The notes beneath the pieces are model-generated. The model saw only the letters and a list, made by a program, of their open reading frames with translations, searched no databases and was not told where the DNA came from. A stretch of 63,990 nucleotides of DNA, filler included, from Octopus bimaculoides (taxonomy: Eukaryota), in assembly GCF_001194135.2 (NCBI RefSeq). It is 10 parts of 10 records of this genome, joined end to end, with 100 filler letters (N's around TTAATTAATTAA, not from the genome) between each part and the next. Parts side by side here need not be neighbours in the genome. Positions count along the whole stretch, not along the records: positions 1 to 9,586 come from NC_069007.1; positions 9,687 to 15,629 come from NW_026335436.1; 8 more parts are not named here. One strand, 5' to 3'. The position numbers and the translations under genes were made by a program. Shown piece by piece: positions 1-14,030 of the stretch (positions within the stretch are counted from its first letter, which is position 1; each line of letters starts with the position of its first letter).

Positions 1-218
1 ATATATATATATATATATAAATTACGATAAATGTGAACAAGATGTATTTTGAGATACAGACAAGATAGTAATTTATTTTCAAACGCAGAAACGCAGATAG
101 AACAGCAGAGACAGGATAAAATATCCATAGAAAGCGGAAAAAATTGTCACGAACCAGTCATGAGACTCGAACTCACATCCCTTTGATTACCGATTATACA
201 TGCATATACACGCAGGTA

Positions 219-249
<31 letters not shown>

Positions 250-372
250 ACAAATAGCTATGTATATATACATATATATAGTATATTATTTCCTTTTTCT
301 TTGTTTCTTCCATAGTATATATTTATACATACATACATACATACATACATACATAGAGACATGAAACGCGAG

Positions 373-418
<46 letters not shown>

Positions 419-1525
419 GAAGAAAGAAATAAATAAAGAAAGAAAGAAAGAAAGAAAGGATCCGCATAGTTTACTGCCCATATCCAAATGATGTGTCGGA
501 TACGGGAGAAAGGCGATAAATTTTAACATTTGAAAAGACCTATAAAGAAAGATTGAAAATAAAAAAAAATTAAAATGTCAGATTGTAACAGTTTTAACAA
601 AATTAAATCCTGTTTGTAAATCTAAAATGTTTACAACAAACATCGTCCGTTTTAAGGGAATAATTTAAGTTGGGAAGCACTTTACGTGTATGAATCACGG
701 ACGCTAGATTCGATGCTGAAAGCAAGAAAAGAACATTTGTACTTGCAATAAAATGGTTTGGGATGTTATTTCGCATTTCGTATGTTCAATGTCAATCAAG
801 CGAGAGTGTTAGAACCGAAAGAAATAAAAAATAAAAAACAAGGAATTGTGGAGGAAGATTGCGGAAAACGAAAATGTTCTGCTTTTTAACATGAAGGGGG
901 GAAATTAAAACCACACTAATACTTTACTGGAAGCTTAATACGTTTAGCCTCTATAAAAAGAAAATAACAAGAATGGTAATATCACACGGAAAATAGTTGA
1001 GTAACTGGAATGAATGCACAGGGATTAATTTATGTGATTTTACTGTCAACGTAAATTGATCGAATTTTTCCAATTTCTCAAAGCTACCATATAATAGCAG
1101 GTAGATTTTTTTTTCCGCAAACAAGGAAAGTAAAAAGCAACAGCTGTCATTTTAGAAGTTATTGCTGAAGACTATAATGACGATAAAGCGATGGCCAATT
1201 GCCAGAGCGGTTGGAGAATTGGATAGAAACTTAGAGTCTCTTTTTGAGTTCAAATTCCACTGAAGTCAGTGTTGTGTTTGTTCCTTACAGGGTCGATAAA
1301 ACAATACCATCTATATAGGGAAGTCGATTCGTCGTTATTCTTTCTGCATCTCTCAAACCAGAAAATCAGGAATTACTCATTCTTTTCAATCGTATAAGGA
1401 ATGCAACAGGGATACATTCTGTCCCCATTCTTTTTCCTTGGTTATCTTGGACGATGTTCTGAACAGATCTTTAGATATCTGTAGACATAGCTGAAGGTGG
1501 GGAGTGCAGGCATTGGTGTGTGGCA

Positions 1526-1628
1526 GGCGTGGTACCTTAGGCAAGTGTCTTCTACTCTAGCCTCGGATAGACAACAAGCGCCTTGTGAATGGATTTGGTA
1601 GACGAAAACTGAAAGAAGCCCGTCGTGT
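1526..1628 (+). mobile_element. SINE family 1 head fragment
   Basis: GCGTGGTACCTTAGGCAAGTGTCTTCTACT...CTGAAAGAAGCCCGTCG. Confidence 0.75.
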
Positions 1629-1788
1629 ATATATATATATACATGCATATATGTTAGAAGGTTTGGAGGTGATGTACAGGCATTATATATTAGAAAAAAT
1701 AATAAGGCACTCGGAGATCTGGATGGTTGTACATAAACACACACACACCCTCTCTCTTCTCTCTCTCTCTCTCCCACATACACTCACA

Positions 1789-1819
<31 letters not shown>

Positions 1820-2157
1820 GATTCTGTAAAGGAAAGCAGTCATCGTATATTATTTTTTTTCTTAATACTCCAACATTGAATAGGATGTTTACGATTTGTA
1901 AAGAATATATGTTTACTTACAAATTAATTTATAGTTTCAATTCTACCGATTTAATTATAATTAATTGAATAATTTACTATACAATGTAGAAACGTAATTG
2001 TATTTTTCATAATTATTGATAAGAATTTTGTATAATTAAATATTTTAATAAAACTAAAGCACTACATTTTCAGTCAAAATACTCATCCGAGATTAATGGA
2101 AACGGAAAAGCATTTGTTGTTTTAATAACAACAACAACAACAACAACAGTAATAATA

Positions 2158-2270
2158 TCGCATACCTTGTTGTCAGCTGGCCATGCTATATCCATGATCC
2201 AGCATAGCTTGTTTTCTTTCTCAATTAACACTATGTCTGGCTTCCTATTCTCTATCTCATGGTCGCATTG
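2158..2270 (-). mobile_element. R4/Dong-like restriction-like endonuclease fragment
   Basis: CDHEIENRKPDIVLIEKENKLCWIMDIAWPADNKV, between triplet microsatellites. Confidence 0.7.
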
Positions 2271-2570
2271 AATCATCATTATTATTATTATCATCATCAT
2301 CATCATCATCATCATCACCACCAATATTAATATTATTACGCCTATTACCGTTATATCTCCTTTGATATTGTCCTCAGCGTCTTGTGCCCTTCTGGCAATT
2401 AAAAGAAATCAACATCCTCATCGTCGTCGTCCTCCTCCTCCTCCTCATCATCATCATCATCCTCATCATCATCATCGTCATCATCGTCATCGTCGTCGTC
2501 GTCGTCATCATCATCGTCATCATCATCATCATCCTCATCCCTCATCATCATCATCATCGTTGTTGTTTGT
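2270..2570. repeat. (CAT)n/(CGT)n/(CCT)n trinucleotide repeats
   Basis: Seen directly; source of the poly-His, poly-Ile and poly-Met ORFs. Confidence 0.95.
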
Positions 2571-3804
2571 TGGGGTTTTTTTTTTGCAGTTCAGTATTGT
2601 ATTTTTTGTTGCATAGTTTCTCTTTATTGAAAAATGTTCTCTAAATTTCTATTTTCAAAGCCATAAATTCTTTTGTGTACCATCTGGACAGTTACAGAAT
2701 AGAACGAGTCGAGGAAATAAATTACGAGCTACACAACCAATGCACAAACACACACACACATATATGCAATATATAAATATATATATATATACATACACAC
2801 ACACACATATATATATACATATGCATACATATACACATACACGCACACAGTCATATATATGCATATACATACCTATATATATATTCATATATATATATAT
2901 GCATATACATACATACGTATATAAATATCGATGTATATATAAATATATATATACACATATATAAATTTCAAAGAATAAAAGAATATATATATATATATAT
3001 ATATATATANNNNNNNNNNNNNNNNNNNNNNNNNNNNNNNNNNNNNNNNNNNNNNNNNNNNNNNNNNNNNNNNNNNNNNNNNNNNNNNNNNNNNNNNNNN
3101 NNNNNNNNNNNNNNNNNNNNNNNNNNNNNNNNNNNNNNNNNNNNNNNNNNNNNNNNNNNNNNNNNNNNNNNNNNNNNNNNNNNNNNNNNNNNNNNNNNNN
3201 NNNNNNNNNNNNNNNNNNNNNNNNNNNNNNNNNNNNNNNNNNNNNNNNNNNNNNNNNNNNNNNNNNNNNNNNNNNNNNNNNNNNNNNNNNNNNNNNNNNN
3301 NNNNNNNNNNNNNNNNNNNNNNNNNNNNNNNNNNNNNNNNNNNNNNNNNNNNNNNNNNNNNNNNNNNNNNNNNNNNNNNNNNNNNNNNNNNNNNNNNNNN
3401 NNNNNNNNNNNNNNNNNNNNNNNNNNNNNNNNNNNNNNNNNNNNNNNNNNNNNNNNNNNNNNNNNNNNNNNNNNNNNNNNNNNNNNNNNNNNNNNNNNNN
3501 NNNNNNNNNNNNNNNNNNNNNNNNNNNNNNNNNNNNNNNNNNNNNNNNNNNNNNNNNNNNNNNNNNNNNNNNNNNNNNNNNNNNNNNNNNNNNNNNNNNN
3601 NNNNNNNNNNNNNNNNNNNNNNNNNNNNNNNNNNNNNNNNNNNNNNNNNNNNNNNNNNNNNNNNNNNNNNNNNNNNNNNNNNNNNNNNNNNNNNNNNNNN
3701 NNNNNNNNNNNNNNNNNNNNNNNNNNNNNNNNNNNNNNNNNNNNNNNNNNNNNNNNNNNNNNNNNNNNAGAGAGAGAATGTGACAGACAGAGAGATAGAC
3801 AGAT

Positions 3805-3862
<58 letters not shown>

Positions 3863-3933
3863 GTAGAGGGAAAGAAAGGTGGACAGACAGACAGACAGAC
3901 GTACGGAGGGACGGACGGCTGGATGAATGGATG

Positions 3934-3970
<37 letters not shown>

Positions 3971-4715
3971 GTAGTTAGGTAGGTAGGTAGGTGGATAGAG
4001 AGATATAGATACATAGAGAGAGAGAGTGACAAAGAAAGGTAGAGATAGAGAGATATAGATAGATAGAGAAGGAGAGAGAGAGAAATATTATCCCTAATCT
4101 AGTGTTGACAGGGGTTAATTTTTTATGACTACATCCTTATAGTGTTTTGTGGTTTTCAATCTCCTATATTGTTGAAACAAGAATCTCCCATGGTTTGATA
4201 AATTCCGGTAGATGTTCGGGCGGAACTACACTTTCAGTCAACCATCCAATGGCCCAGCTTTTAGTCCACGGATGTGTGAAAATGTGGCACGTTTCTTTAT
4301 TACAAATATCAAACAGCTTGTTTATGCAAATACAGAAAGAGGAAGCGATACAATGAGATGAGAAGAGAACAGATCAGAGATTGCGATTGGACGTGGTGGA
4401 GGGTGTAATAGAAACGAGGGTGAAATGGAAGATTATAGTATAATGCAGTAAGTAGGTAGGGATGCACGTTGGTGCCAAAGTTCTGAAAATAATGGGCATA
4501 CATGCATATATACATATCATTCACATATGTAATACATATAGCTATCTATCTATCTATCTATCTACGTGTGTGTGTGTATATATATATATACATATATACA
4601 TCTCTATCTATCTATCTATCTGTATATATATAAACACACATATATATAATCTCACACGTATATACTCATATATTTAATACATTACAATATGTGTGTTTGT
4701 GTCAGTATGTGTGTT

Positions 4716-4756
<41 letters not shown>

Positions 4757-5168
4757 NNNNNNNNNNNNNNNNNNNNNNNNNNNNNNNNNNNNNNNNNNNN
4801 NNNNNNNNNNNNNNNNNNNNNNNNNNNNNNNNNNNNNNNNNNNNNNNNNNNNNNNNNNNNNNNNNNNNNNNNNNNNNNNNNNNNNNNNNNNNNNNNNNNN
4901 NNNNNNNNNNNNNNNNNNNNNNNNNNNNNNNNNNNNNNNNNNNNNNNNNNNNNNNNNNNNNNNNNNNNNNNNNNNNNNNNNNNNNNNNNNNNNNNNNNNN
5001 NNNNNNNNNNNNNNNNNNNNNNNNNNNNNNNNNNNNNNNNNNNNNNNNNNATATATATATATATATATATATACATATCAGCAGGCACGCACATACATTT
5101 ATTATTGATTTGAAAATATTCATGTGTTCTTATAAAATCATTCTGCATCTTAGTTTATGTTCTAGTAA

Positions 5169-5218
<50 letters not shown>

Positions 5219-5919
5219 ACACAATCACATGCACACACATATTCGTTTGCAAGCAAACATTTATTAAAAAGGAAACATCAGTACTCCTCTAGGAATACAC
5301 ACAGAAACATAAAACATATTTGTGGTTGGTTGAAATTAGGAGGGGAATAGCAGAGGAGAATTTAAGCCCGGAGGAGTGGAAGTTCAGAGAGCGAAGATAA
5401 TTCATTGTATCTTGTGTTTCCTTGAGCGTGGTGACCTGCTGAGTGTAAAAGTACTGGATGTAGTTAATGGAGTAGAAAATGGAGGAATATTATGAGCACG
5501 TTAACAGATGTAGGATGTTTTCTTATAATTAACTAAATGAATTTGATCACGTGATTATTACTTTCGAAAGTCATTAAATGTGTTTTTCGTTTCCATCTTA
5601 TTACATTAATTCCCTGAATTCTATAATTTTTGAGATTTGGTGAAATTCCTGTTGCAACAATTTTTTAAAATTAAGGTTTGATAATTACTTTAATTAATTA
5701 TTGGTGTGGTGGAGCTGACTGAGTGGAATAACAGAAACTGTAGAACGGTTCACAAAATGTTTTGTCGTGTTGCGTGTTCCTTATATTCTGATTTCAAATC
5801 CCGCTTGCGTCTTAAAATCGGAGATAGATTTAAGTGGTCGTTCGTTTAACACCATCATCTCTAAGTGTTAAGCGAAGTTCCTCCTTTTCCAATCATCCGG
5901 ACTGAGGATGACTTAGAAG

Positions 5920-6144
5920 AGGTGTCTTGTGCTTGTTTCAGTCATTAGATTGCGGCCCTGCTGCAGCACGACTTAGAAGAATTTTTAGTCGAACGTATCG
6001 ATCCCAGTACTCACTTTTTTTTTTATAAGCCTGGAACTTATTCTATCGGGCCCTTTTACCGAACCGCTAAGTTACGGAGACGTAAACACACCAGCACCGG
6101 TTATCAAGTGGTAGTGGGGTCAGAATTACAGACACAAAGTGAGA

Positions 6145-6187
<43 letters not shown>

Positions 6188-6511
6188 ANNNNNNNNNNNN
6201 NNNNNNNNNNNNNNNNNNNNNNNNNNNNNNNNNNNNNNNNNNNNNNNNNNNNNNNNNNNNNNNNNNNNNNNNNNNNNNNNNNNNNNNNNNNNNNNNNNNN
6301 NNNNNNNNNNNNNNNNNNNNNNNATATATACATATATATATATATATATGTATATGTATGTATGTACGACGAGCTTCTATTAAATCTACTCACAAGGCTT
6401 CGGCCAGTCGAGAGTAATATTAGAAGATGCTTGACCAAGTTGCCACGCAACGGACGCGAACTCGGAACTATGTGGTTGGGAACCAAACTTCTTGCCACAC
6501 AGCCAGGCCTG
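5920..6511 (-). mobile_element. Composite SINE family 1 copy spanning a gap
   Basis: Tail 5920-6135, microsatellite and N gap, head 6364-6511, all in reverse orientation. Confidence 0.75.
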
Positions 6512-6876
6512 CATCACACCTTCTGCTTTTATTTAATTTACCAATGCAGTGACGGCTACAATATTTGCGTACAGTCCATTGGTATGTAACTCATTCTAAC
6601 AATATTAAAAATTCTCCTGTCAGATTAATCTAATAAAATGACAAAGTTCCTGACAGTTGAGTCAGCTAAATTATTCAAAACTTTGCCTTGCGTCAAAGAG
6701 ACAATTTTGGAACAGAATTTTGTACATTGAATTATGTTACACAATAAAATGGTGTTAATTATGCTACACAATAAAATGGCGCAGTAGTAACCACCCTCCA
6801 GTCTACCGGAGGCAGATTAGATGAAGATAATCTACATGGAACCCTAACCTCATCAGTAACGGTCATACATCTAATT

Positions 6877-7208
6877 CAGGGGGTCCTCAACCATTTTTTT
6901 TACCCACGAACCCATTTGGTTACTATTTTATATGTGTGGACCCCATAGCTATTCAGCGTTTAAACAAATCCTATTGTATTTTTTAAAATAAATATTATCA
7001 GGAATTGGATCAAAACCGTTAAAATAGTTTGTATATAGTGGACGTATAACCAATGTAATACACGTAAACTTTACTGGTCTGGAGCACAGTTTTTTCTTGG
7101 CCCCTGAAAAATTACCGTGGCCCCTCAATTTACTATATTGTATCCATGGACTCCAAAAATGTCATATGGACACCAACGGTCCATACGGATCCGGTTGAGA
7201 GATACTAA
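6877..7208. mobile_element. hAT-like non-autonomous element (degenerate)
   Basis: Left end CAGGGGGTCCTCAACC; degenerate right ends GGTTGAGA... at 7193 and 7235; imperfect 8-bp flanks ATCTAATT/ATCTGTTT. Confidence 0.4.
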
Positions 7209-7902
7209 ATCTGTTTCTTTTTTATCCGAACCCCGGTTGAGAACACCTAATTATATACACAAGAGATACTATATCTGCTTCTTTTTTATCGTTCTATCTA
7301 GTTATCTCTTTCTGTGTGTATATATACTTCCCAGGCCGGGTGGAACGTTGTATTCTTCAGCAAAACACTTCATCTCACGTCGCTCTGCTATCACTTCGAC
7401 GCCTAACACGTGGTACACTGGGCACTTGTTAAGGCAGCATCGACTTGATGGAGAGAGCGAGCTAATGAGTGGCATGAGCATTCGAACACTAGAAACAAAT
7501 CATTTGTGCAGGTCGTCGGGAAAAAGCTGACCACTTATACGTCTTCATACATACATATGGACTGGTCAGTAGTGGGGTTGAACCTGGAACCATGTGGTTG
7601 GTAAACAAGCTACTTACCACACAGCCACTCCTGTGCCTATGCACATATATACATACAAATACCCCCATATATATAGCCTTGGCTATGTCAAGATAGATTT
7701 TTATGTATTCTTCTTCCCACTTGGATTTTAAATGTTGCCACAATTATTATATGTCTATTCTACTGTAATTTTCTACATTCTTGTGCAGCTGAAGATTGCT
7801 CTACATATTGCATTTAATGTAATGCTCGCATTACTTAGATAAATGGAGTAGCATGAAGCGTGCGTACTGCAGTCATCTTTAAAATCCGTGTTGCTTATTT
7901 TG

Positions 7903-7941
<39 letters not shown>

Positions 7942-7944
7942 TAT

Positions 7945-8075
7945 ACGACGGGTTTCTCTCAGTTTCCGTCTACCAAATCTACTCACAAGGCTTTGGTCGG
8001 CCCGAGGATATAGTAGAAGACATTTACCCAAGGTGCCACGCAGTGGGACTTAACTCAGAACCACGTGGTCGGGGA
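7945..8075 (-). mobile_element. SINE family 1 head fragment (a second fragment lies at 7560-7640)
   Basis: Reverse-complement head motif CAGTTTCCGTCTACCAAATCTACTCACAAGGC. Confidence 0.75.
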
Positions 8076-8523
8076 AGCATCTCCAACGCATTAATTCCTA
8101 AGGTTGTATCTATGATTTGAGAGAGATCTGGCTACACTTGACATAAACTAGCAGATCAAGCAATAACAGGGAAGCCTCCATTATTGAATTTGTCTTGTAA
8201 TTCTTTATTTGTTTCTTCGCTGAAATTAGACCGTCGTAATGGTAATGGCTTCCTGATAGTTATAATGAGAGTAAATATAAATTGGTCCAATATGGCAGCT
8301 GTATCGATTTTCAGGATTTTGGTCATAAAACATTAATAGAAATTCTATTTCCTAAACAAACTTATAAAGTTAGTATTTCCGAAATAAATTCCCATAAATT
8401 CTATATATTCTATATGTTTTTGCATAGAAATGTATATAAATTCTAAATTATAAATGAATTTATGAAGATACTATTTGCGAAATATATTTGTATAAATTTC
8501 AGACGCCAAATAAATTACCACAC

Positions 8524-8592
<69 letters not shown>

Positions 8593-8799
8593 TTTTTTTG
8601 TTATCAAAATAAATCTATATTGATGATATTCTTTGAAATCAGGAAATCCAAGAGATATAACAGAAATTACTAAAATTCCATTTTGGAAATATCAAACATT
8701 TTGCAGCTGTTCTGTTGCGAATTCGATATTTTCCTAAATTTCAGTTAATTAATTTTATCGGAGTTTTACTCCCTAAAATTTGTATTTTGATTACAAACA

Positions 8800-9225
8800 T
8801 CAACCTTGGCGGATTTTGAACTTAGAACGTAGCGACAGACGAAATTCCGTTAAGAATTTCGCCCGGCATGCTTAACGATTCTGCCATCTCCCTGCTTTGC
8901 CTTGGATCGAGATAATCTTTTCTACTCAAGGCACAATGCACAATTGGTACTTACTTTATTTCAATAAATTTCGCCATTAACGGTGTTACATAGAGGGGAC
9001 AGACACAGACAGACAGACATAAAGTAGCTGCGGGCTGGAAATGGACATTGATGAGATGAGGGTGATAAGGATGGTACTTACAACTGGGACTTACTTTATC
9101 GAACTTGAAAGGATGAAAGGCAATGTTGGCCTTGGCGGAATTTGAACTCAAGACGTAACGACGGCCAAAATGCTGCCAAGCACTATGGCCAGCCTGCTAA
9201 CGTTTCGGCTACCAAACCGCCTTAA
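8800..9225 (-). mobile_element. SINE family 2, two degenerate copies
   Basis: Reverse-complement family motifs at 8800-8890 and 8990-9225. Confidence 0.7.
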
Positions 9226-9630
9226 ATAAATTCATAATATTGATCTCAAATTTTCGTAATTTTAATTAATCATTTCGAAAACTAATTAAAATCTTTCGCT
9301 GTTTGTTTAATGGTCGTTATTGTTGTTCCTTTCACGATTTCAATCAAACAGATTTGGCCAAAAATATAAAAGTCGGATTTCTTTATCAATTTTTATGTTG
9401 GCCAGGTTAAAGGTTACCATAAAAAAGAACAAAATGGAATCAGAAGCGAAACGAAATTCTAGCAGAAGGCACTCAAAAAATGAAACCATAGCAACATACA
9501 CTCTTACAGAGAACGTTGGTTATATGAGATCTTTTTTTTTTATCTTTATTTATTTTTACTTGTTTCAGTTATTTCACTGCGGCCATNNNNNNNNNNNNNN
9601 NNNNNNNNNNNNNNNNNNNNNNNNNNNNNN

Positions 9631-9642
9631 TTAATTAATTAA
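9631..9642. other. Assembly spacer TTAATTAATTAA between N runs (artefact); also near 15674, 26198, 29572, 32720, 34409, 43498, 54162 and 62235
   Basis: Identical 12-mer with stops in all six frames, always centred between two N runs of about 44 nt. Confidence 0.95.
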
Positions 9643-9836
9643 NNNNNNNNNNNNNNNNNNNNNNNNNNNNNNNNNNNNNNNNNNNNTATATATATGTATA
9701 TACAACATACGAATGTGTATGTATATGTGTTAAACGTATGAGTGTGTGGAAATACATGTGTGTGTGTGCGTATATATATATACACATACATACACACTCG
9801 TATGTTGTGTTGTTAAATGTATGAGAGCGTGGAAAT

Positions 9837-9874
<38 letters not shown>

Positions 9875-11088
9875 ATCATAATGATGTGTATGTATGTATA
9901 GACTTGAAGCAGGGACTGCACTCCATTGACACATGCAGTCTCCCTTTTCCTTATTTCCATGACAACTGCAAACTCAGTAACAACAGAATGAAGCCAGAAT
10001 TTTAAAAAACGTCACAAGTATTGAGTACATTTCCCCGTCCCCCTTTATAACACCAAACACACAACCAACCATGTATGTGTGTTTGGAGTTGCAACCAAGT
10101 GGAGTAGGGGAGTACTCGTCTAGAAAGTGGAGTACTCACGATAAACAGGAGTACGTAAATTTACTTTAAGCAAGAGTTTCCCCTCCTGGGTACTTGGAGT
10201 TTCGCACCACCGCACTGTGTTTTTTTTTTAGGCGGAAATCCAAAATTCCGTAGCACCAGAAGGAAACTTGGTTGGTTCGAAATAAAAACGCGGGTTTCAC
10301 ATATACCGAGCACATGCTTCAACAACATCGAACAAGATTACAAGGCTTTCATGCTCATTAGACATTGAAAAAAAAAAAGGGCCTAGGGGCAAGCAAGAAA
10401 GAGCAAGACAGCTGACACGAAATTACTGGGGTTCAAAAAAGTTATTTGGAAAGAGAGAGCAGTGAAGATGATGATGATGATGATAAAATCAACAGCTGAC
10501 AAGGAAATAATGGAGAGGTGAAGGATGGGGGGGGGGCATGTTACGGTCATTTGGTACGGTAGTTCTGTCCTGCAGCAGTACCCTTGCCAGACCCTAGGTG
10601 AGAACCCTATTGATCTGGNNNNNNNNNNNNNNNNNNNNNNNNNNNNNNNNNNNNNNNNNNNNNNNNNNNNNNNNNNNNNNNNNNNNNNNNNNNNNNNNNN
10701 NNNNNNNNNNNNNNNNNNNNNNNNNNNNNNNNNNNNNNNNNNNNNNNNNNNNNNNNNNNNNNNNNNNNNNNNNNNNNNNNNNNNNNNNNNNNNNNNNNNN
10801 NNNNNNNNNNNNNNNNNNNNNNNNNNNNNNNNNNNNNNNNNNNNNNNNNNNNNNNNNNNNNNNNNNNNNNNNNNNNNNNNNNNNNNNNNNNNNNNNNNNN
10901 NNNNNNNNNNNNNNNNNNNNNNNNNNNNNNNNNNNNNNNNNNNNNNNNNNNNNNNNNNNNNNNNNNNNNNNNNNNNNNNNNNNNNNNNNNNNNNNNNNNN
11001 NNNNNNNNNNNNNNNNNNNNNNNNNNNNNNNNNNNNNNNNNNNNNNNNNNNNNNNNNNNNNNNNNNNNNNNNNNNNNNNNNNNNNNNN

Positions 11089-11128
<40 letters not shown>

Positions 11129-11336
11129 TGCACACATATATATAGTATTAAGACATAGTTGACCATGCAGACACAGAAACAGAATACATTTACACAGGAA
11201 GGTATATATATAGATAGACAGATAGATATTATGTGCATGTATAAATGTATGTATGTATATACGAGTGTATATATACCTGTTATACAGTTCAAGATCCACT
11301 GCAAGCAATAAGGTTGAGAGAAAGAGCGGAAGAGAG

Positions 11337-11410
<74 letters not shown>

Positions 11411-11944
11411 GGGGGAAGAGAAAGAGAGAAAGAAACAAGGGTCAGATAACAAATATACATGAACAACTTGGAAACCAACAAACGGTTGAATGCAAACCAA
11501 ACTAGGATGAAAGACAGAAACAAGGGATCCTTTTTTACGTTTTTTTTTTGTTTTTTTTTTTTGTCATACAACAGGATACATTTAAGGGATACATTAATAT
11601 CAAACTTTAGAGGGGGGCAGTGACATGAAAGTAAGGGGGGAAAATGATAAAATACAACAATACTATCACCCTCACAAAAACAACAATAGGGGTTTCAGGT
11701 AGGGAACAAACAAAAAAAAAACAAAGAATGCATGATACAGAGGGTTTTTTTTCTATACAGGCAGAATTGGCTAGATTGTTTCATGAAAGAAATGATAAAT
11801 TTGTAACTATGGAAACAATGTGAAGGGCACACACATACAAAGGGGAGAAAAGGGTGGAGGGTCACAACATATTACATCACATGACTTCATACAATTTGGG
11901 TAATGATATACTGTAGATGATAATGCAATGACTTCTATGGGTTA

Positions 11945-12475
11945 CACACGACCTCAGACAATGACCCTTCAAGAAGGTCACACACGATTTCATACACTGA
12001 CCTTTCAAAAGGTCACACTCACACGACCCCATACAGAGACACTTCGAAAGGTCACACGATCTTATACACTGACCCCTCGAAAGGTCACACTCACCAGATC
12101 CCATACACTGACCCCTCAAAAGGTCACACACGATCTCATACTCTGACCCCTCAAAAGGTCACACTCAGATGAACCCACACACAGACACTTCAAAAGGTCA
12201 CACAGGATCTCATACACTGTCCTCTCAAAAGGTTACACTCACGACCTTATACACTGACCCTTCAAAAGGTCACACACGATCTCATACTCTGACCCCTCAA
12301 AAGGTCACACTCAGATGAACCCACACACAGACACTTCAAAAGGTCACACAGGATCTCATACACTGTCCTCTCAAAAGGTCACACTCACGACCTTATACAC
12401 TGACCCTTCAAAAGGTCACACTCACGACCTCATACACAGACTCTTCAAAACGTCACACACATGACTTCAGACACT
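11945..12475. repeat. Minisatellite of about 35-38-bp units (core TCAAAAGGTCACAC) with a 146-bp higher-order duplication
   Basis: Four-monomer block starting at 12131 recurs at 12277. Confidence 0.9.
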
Positions 12476-12744
12476 GGCAAGTCTTAGAAGCAAAGTGGAT
12501 TCAATGACATCCTTATATAAGAAGCTCGACCGCTGTGCGTGCGCGTGCGTAAGCAAGATATATGCATACATTATCACTATGGGTGGTGGTGGCGGCGATA
12601 TGAATCACTAACTGTCGACTGTTGAACTAGAAAACTTCCTGAGTAAGCGAGGACAAGGACAAAGCCACACACACATACACTTGTACTGTTACGAGTATCT
12701 ATCTAGAGAGAGAGGGGGAGGGAGCGAGAGAGAGAGAGAGAGAG

Positions 12745-12855
12745 GCGGTGACCTCGGACAGAATCGTTACGTTAGCACGCCGGGCAAAATGCTTGGCGGC
12801 ATTTCGACCGTGTCTACGTTCTGAGGTCAAACTCCGCCGAGGTCGACTTCTGCTA
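12745..12855 (+). mobile_element. SINE family 2 5' fragment
   Basis: CAGAATCGTTACGTTAGCACGCCGGGCAAAATGC...CCGCCGAGGTCGAC. Similar fragments at 1190-1330, 24560-24625, 30780-30955 and 41440-41615. Confidence 0.7.
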
Positions 12856-13004
12856 TGAAGTAGAATGTTCTCTATGTGGCTTTTGTGTTTTCTCGTCTAC
12901 GTTTTGTTTGCAATGTCCTGTACCCAGATATGCACCTATACATACAGGTGGATGTCGGTATGCACATACCTGTACGTATATATGCATGTACTCATTTACT
13001 ATTT

Positions 13005-13050
<46 letters not shown>

Positions 13051-13344
13051 GCTTGTGTACACGTGTCGGTCAATGACTCATGTTTTATATAACAGGCTGT
13101 CAGTTCAGGGTAGGTAATTAGTCTGGTCTTTATAGAATTGCTAAGATTACTTCCCTTGATTTACAAATATTTGTGGCATTTCAAATTTACATTTCATGGA
13201 CACGGACGGACGGACACACACACACACACACACACACACATCTATATCTCGCAGCCCTTGTGTCACTTGGTAACTTTTACTGATTAAAATGTGCGTGTAT
13301 GAGTTCTTTTCCCCTGTTCGTATTAGGAAACGCGTGCGCGCGTG

Positions 13345-13399
13345 AGAGAGACAACAGACAGAGAGAGACAGAAAGAGAGACAGACAGAGAAAGAGAGAC

Positions 13400-13436
<37 letters not shown>

Positions 13437-13615
13437 AAGAGAGAGACAGACAGACAGAGAAAGAGAGACAGACAGAGAGAGAAAGAGAGACAGACAGAGA
13501 GAGAGAGAGAGACAGACAGACAGAGAGACAGAGAGACAGAGAGAGAGACAGATAGACAGACAGACAGAGACAGACAGACAGAGAGACAGACACAGACAGA
13601 CAGACAGAGACAGAC

Positions 13616-13650
<35 letters not shown>

Positions 13651-14008
13651 GACAGACAGACAGACAGAGACAGAGAGAGANNNNNNNNNNNNNNNNNNNN
13701 NNNNNNNNNNNNNNNNNNNNNNNNNNNNNNNNNNNNNNNNNNNNNNNNNNNNNNNNNNNNNNNNNNNNNNNNNNNNNNNNNNNNNNNNNNNNNNNNNNNN
13801 NNNNNNNNNNNNNNNNNNNNNNNNNNNNNNNNNNNNNNNNNNNNNNNNNNNNNNNNNNNNNNNNNNNNNNNNNNNNNNNNNNNNNNNNNNNNNNNNNNNN
13901 NNNNNNNNNNNNNNNNNNNNNNNNNNNNNNNNNNNNNNNNNNNNNNNNNNNAGAGAGAGTGAGAGAGAGAGAGAGACAGACAAAGAGAGAGAGAGAGAGA
14001 GAGAGAGA
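13345..14008. repeat. (GA)n/(GACA)n compound microsatellite spanning a gap
   Basis: Seen directly; source of the spurious RERQT ORFs. Confidence 0.95.
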
Positions 14009-14030
14009 AATCAAATTCACTTAACGTTTG

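Noticed and set aside
2362-2644. His/Pro/Arg-rich and Ile/Val-rich ORFs
   Set aside because: Translation of (CAT)n/(CGT)n repeats.
9631-9642. Recurrent palindrome TTAATTAATTAA
   Set aside because: Always embedded between fixed-length N runs; a scaffolding spacer, not biology.
11945-12475. CRISPR-like periodicity of about 37 bp (also the 39-bp repeat at 18803)
   Set aside because: Units are contiguous tandem copies with no unique spacers, no cas genes are present, and the context is eukaryotic.
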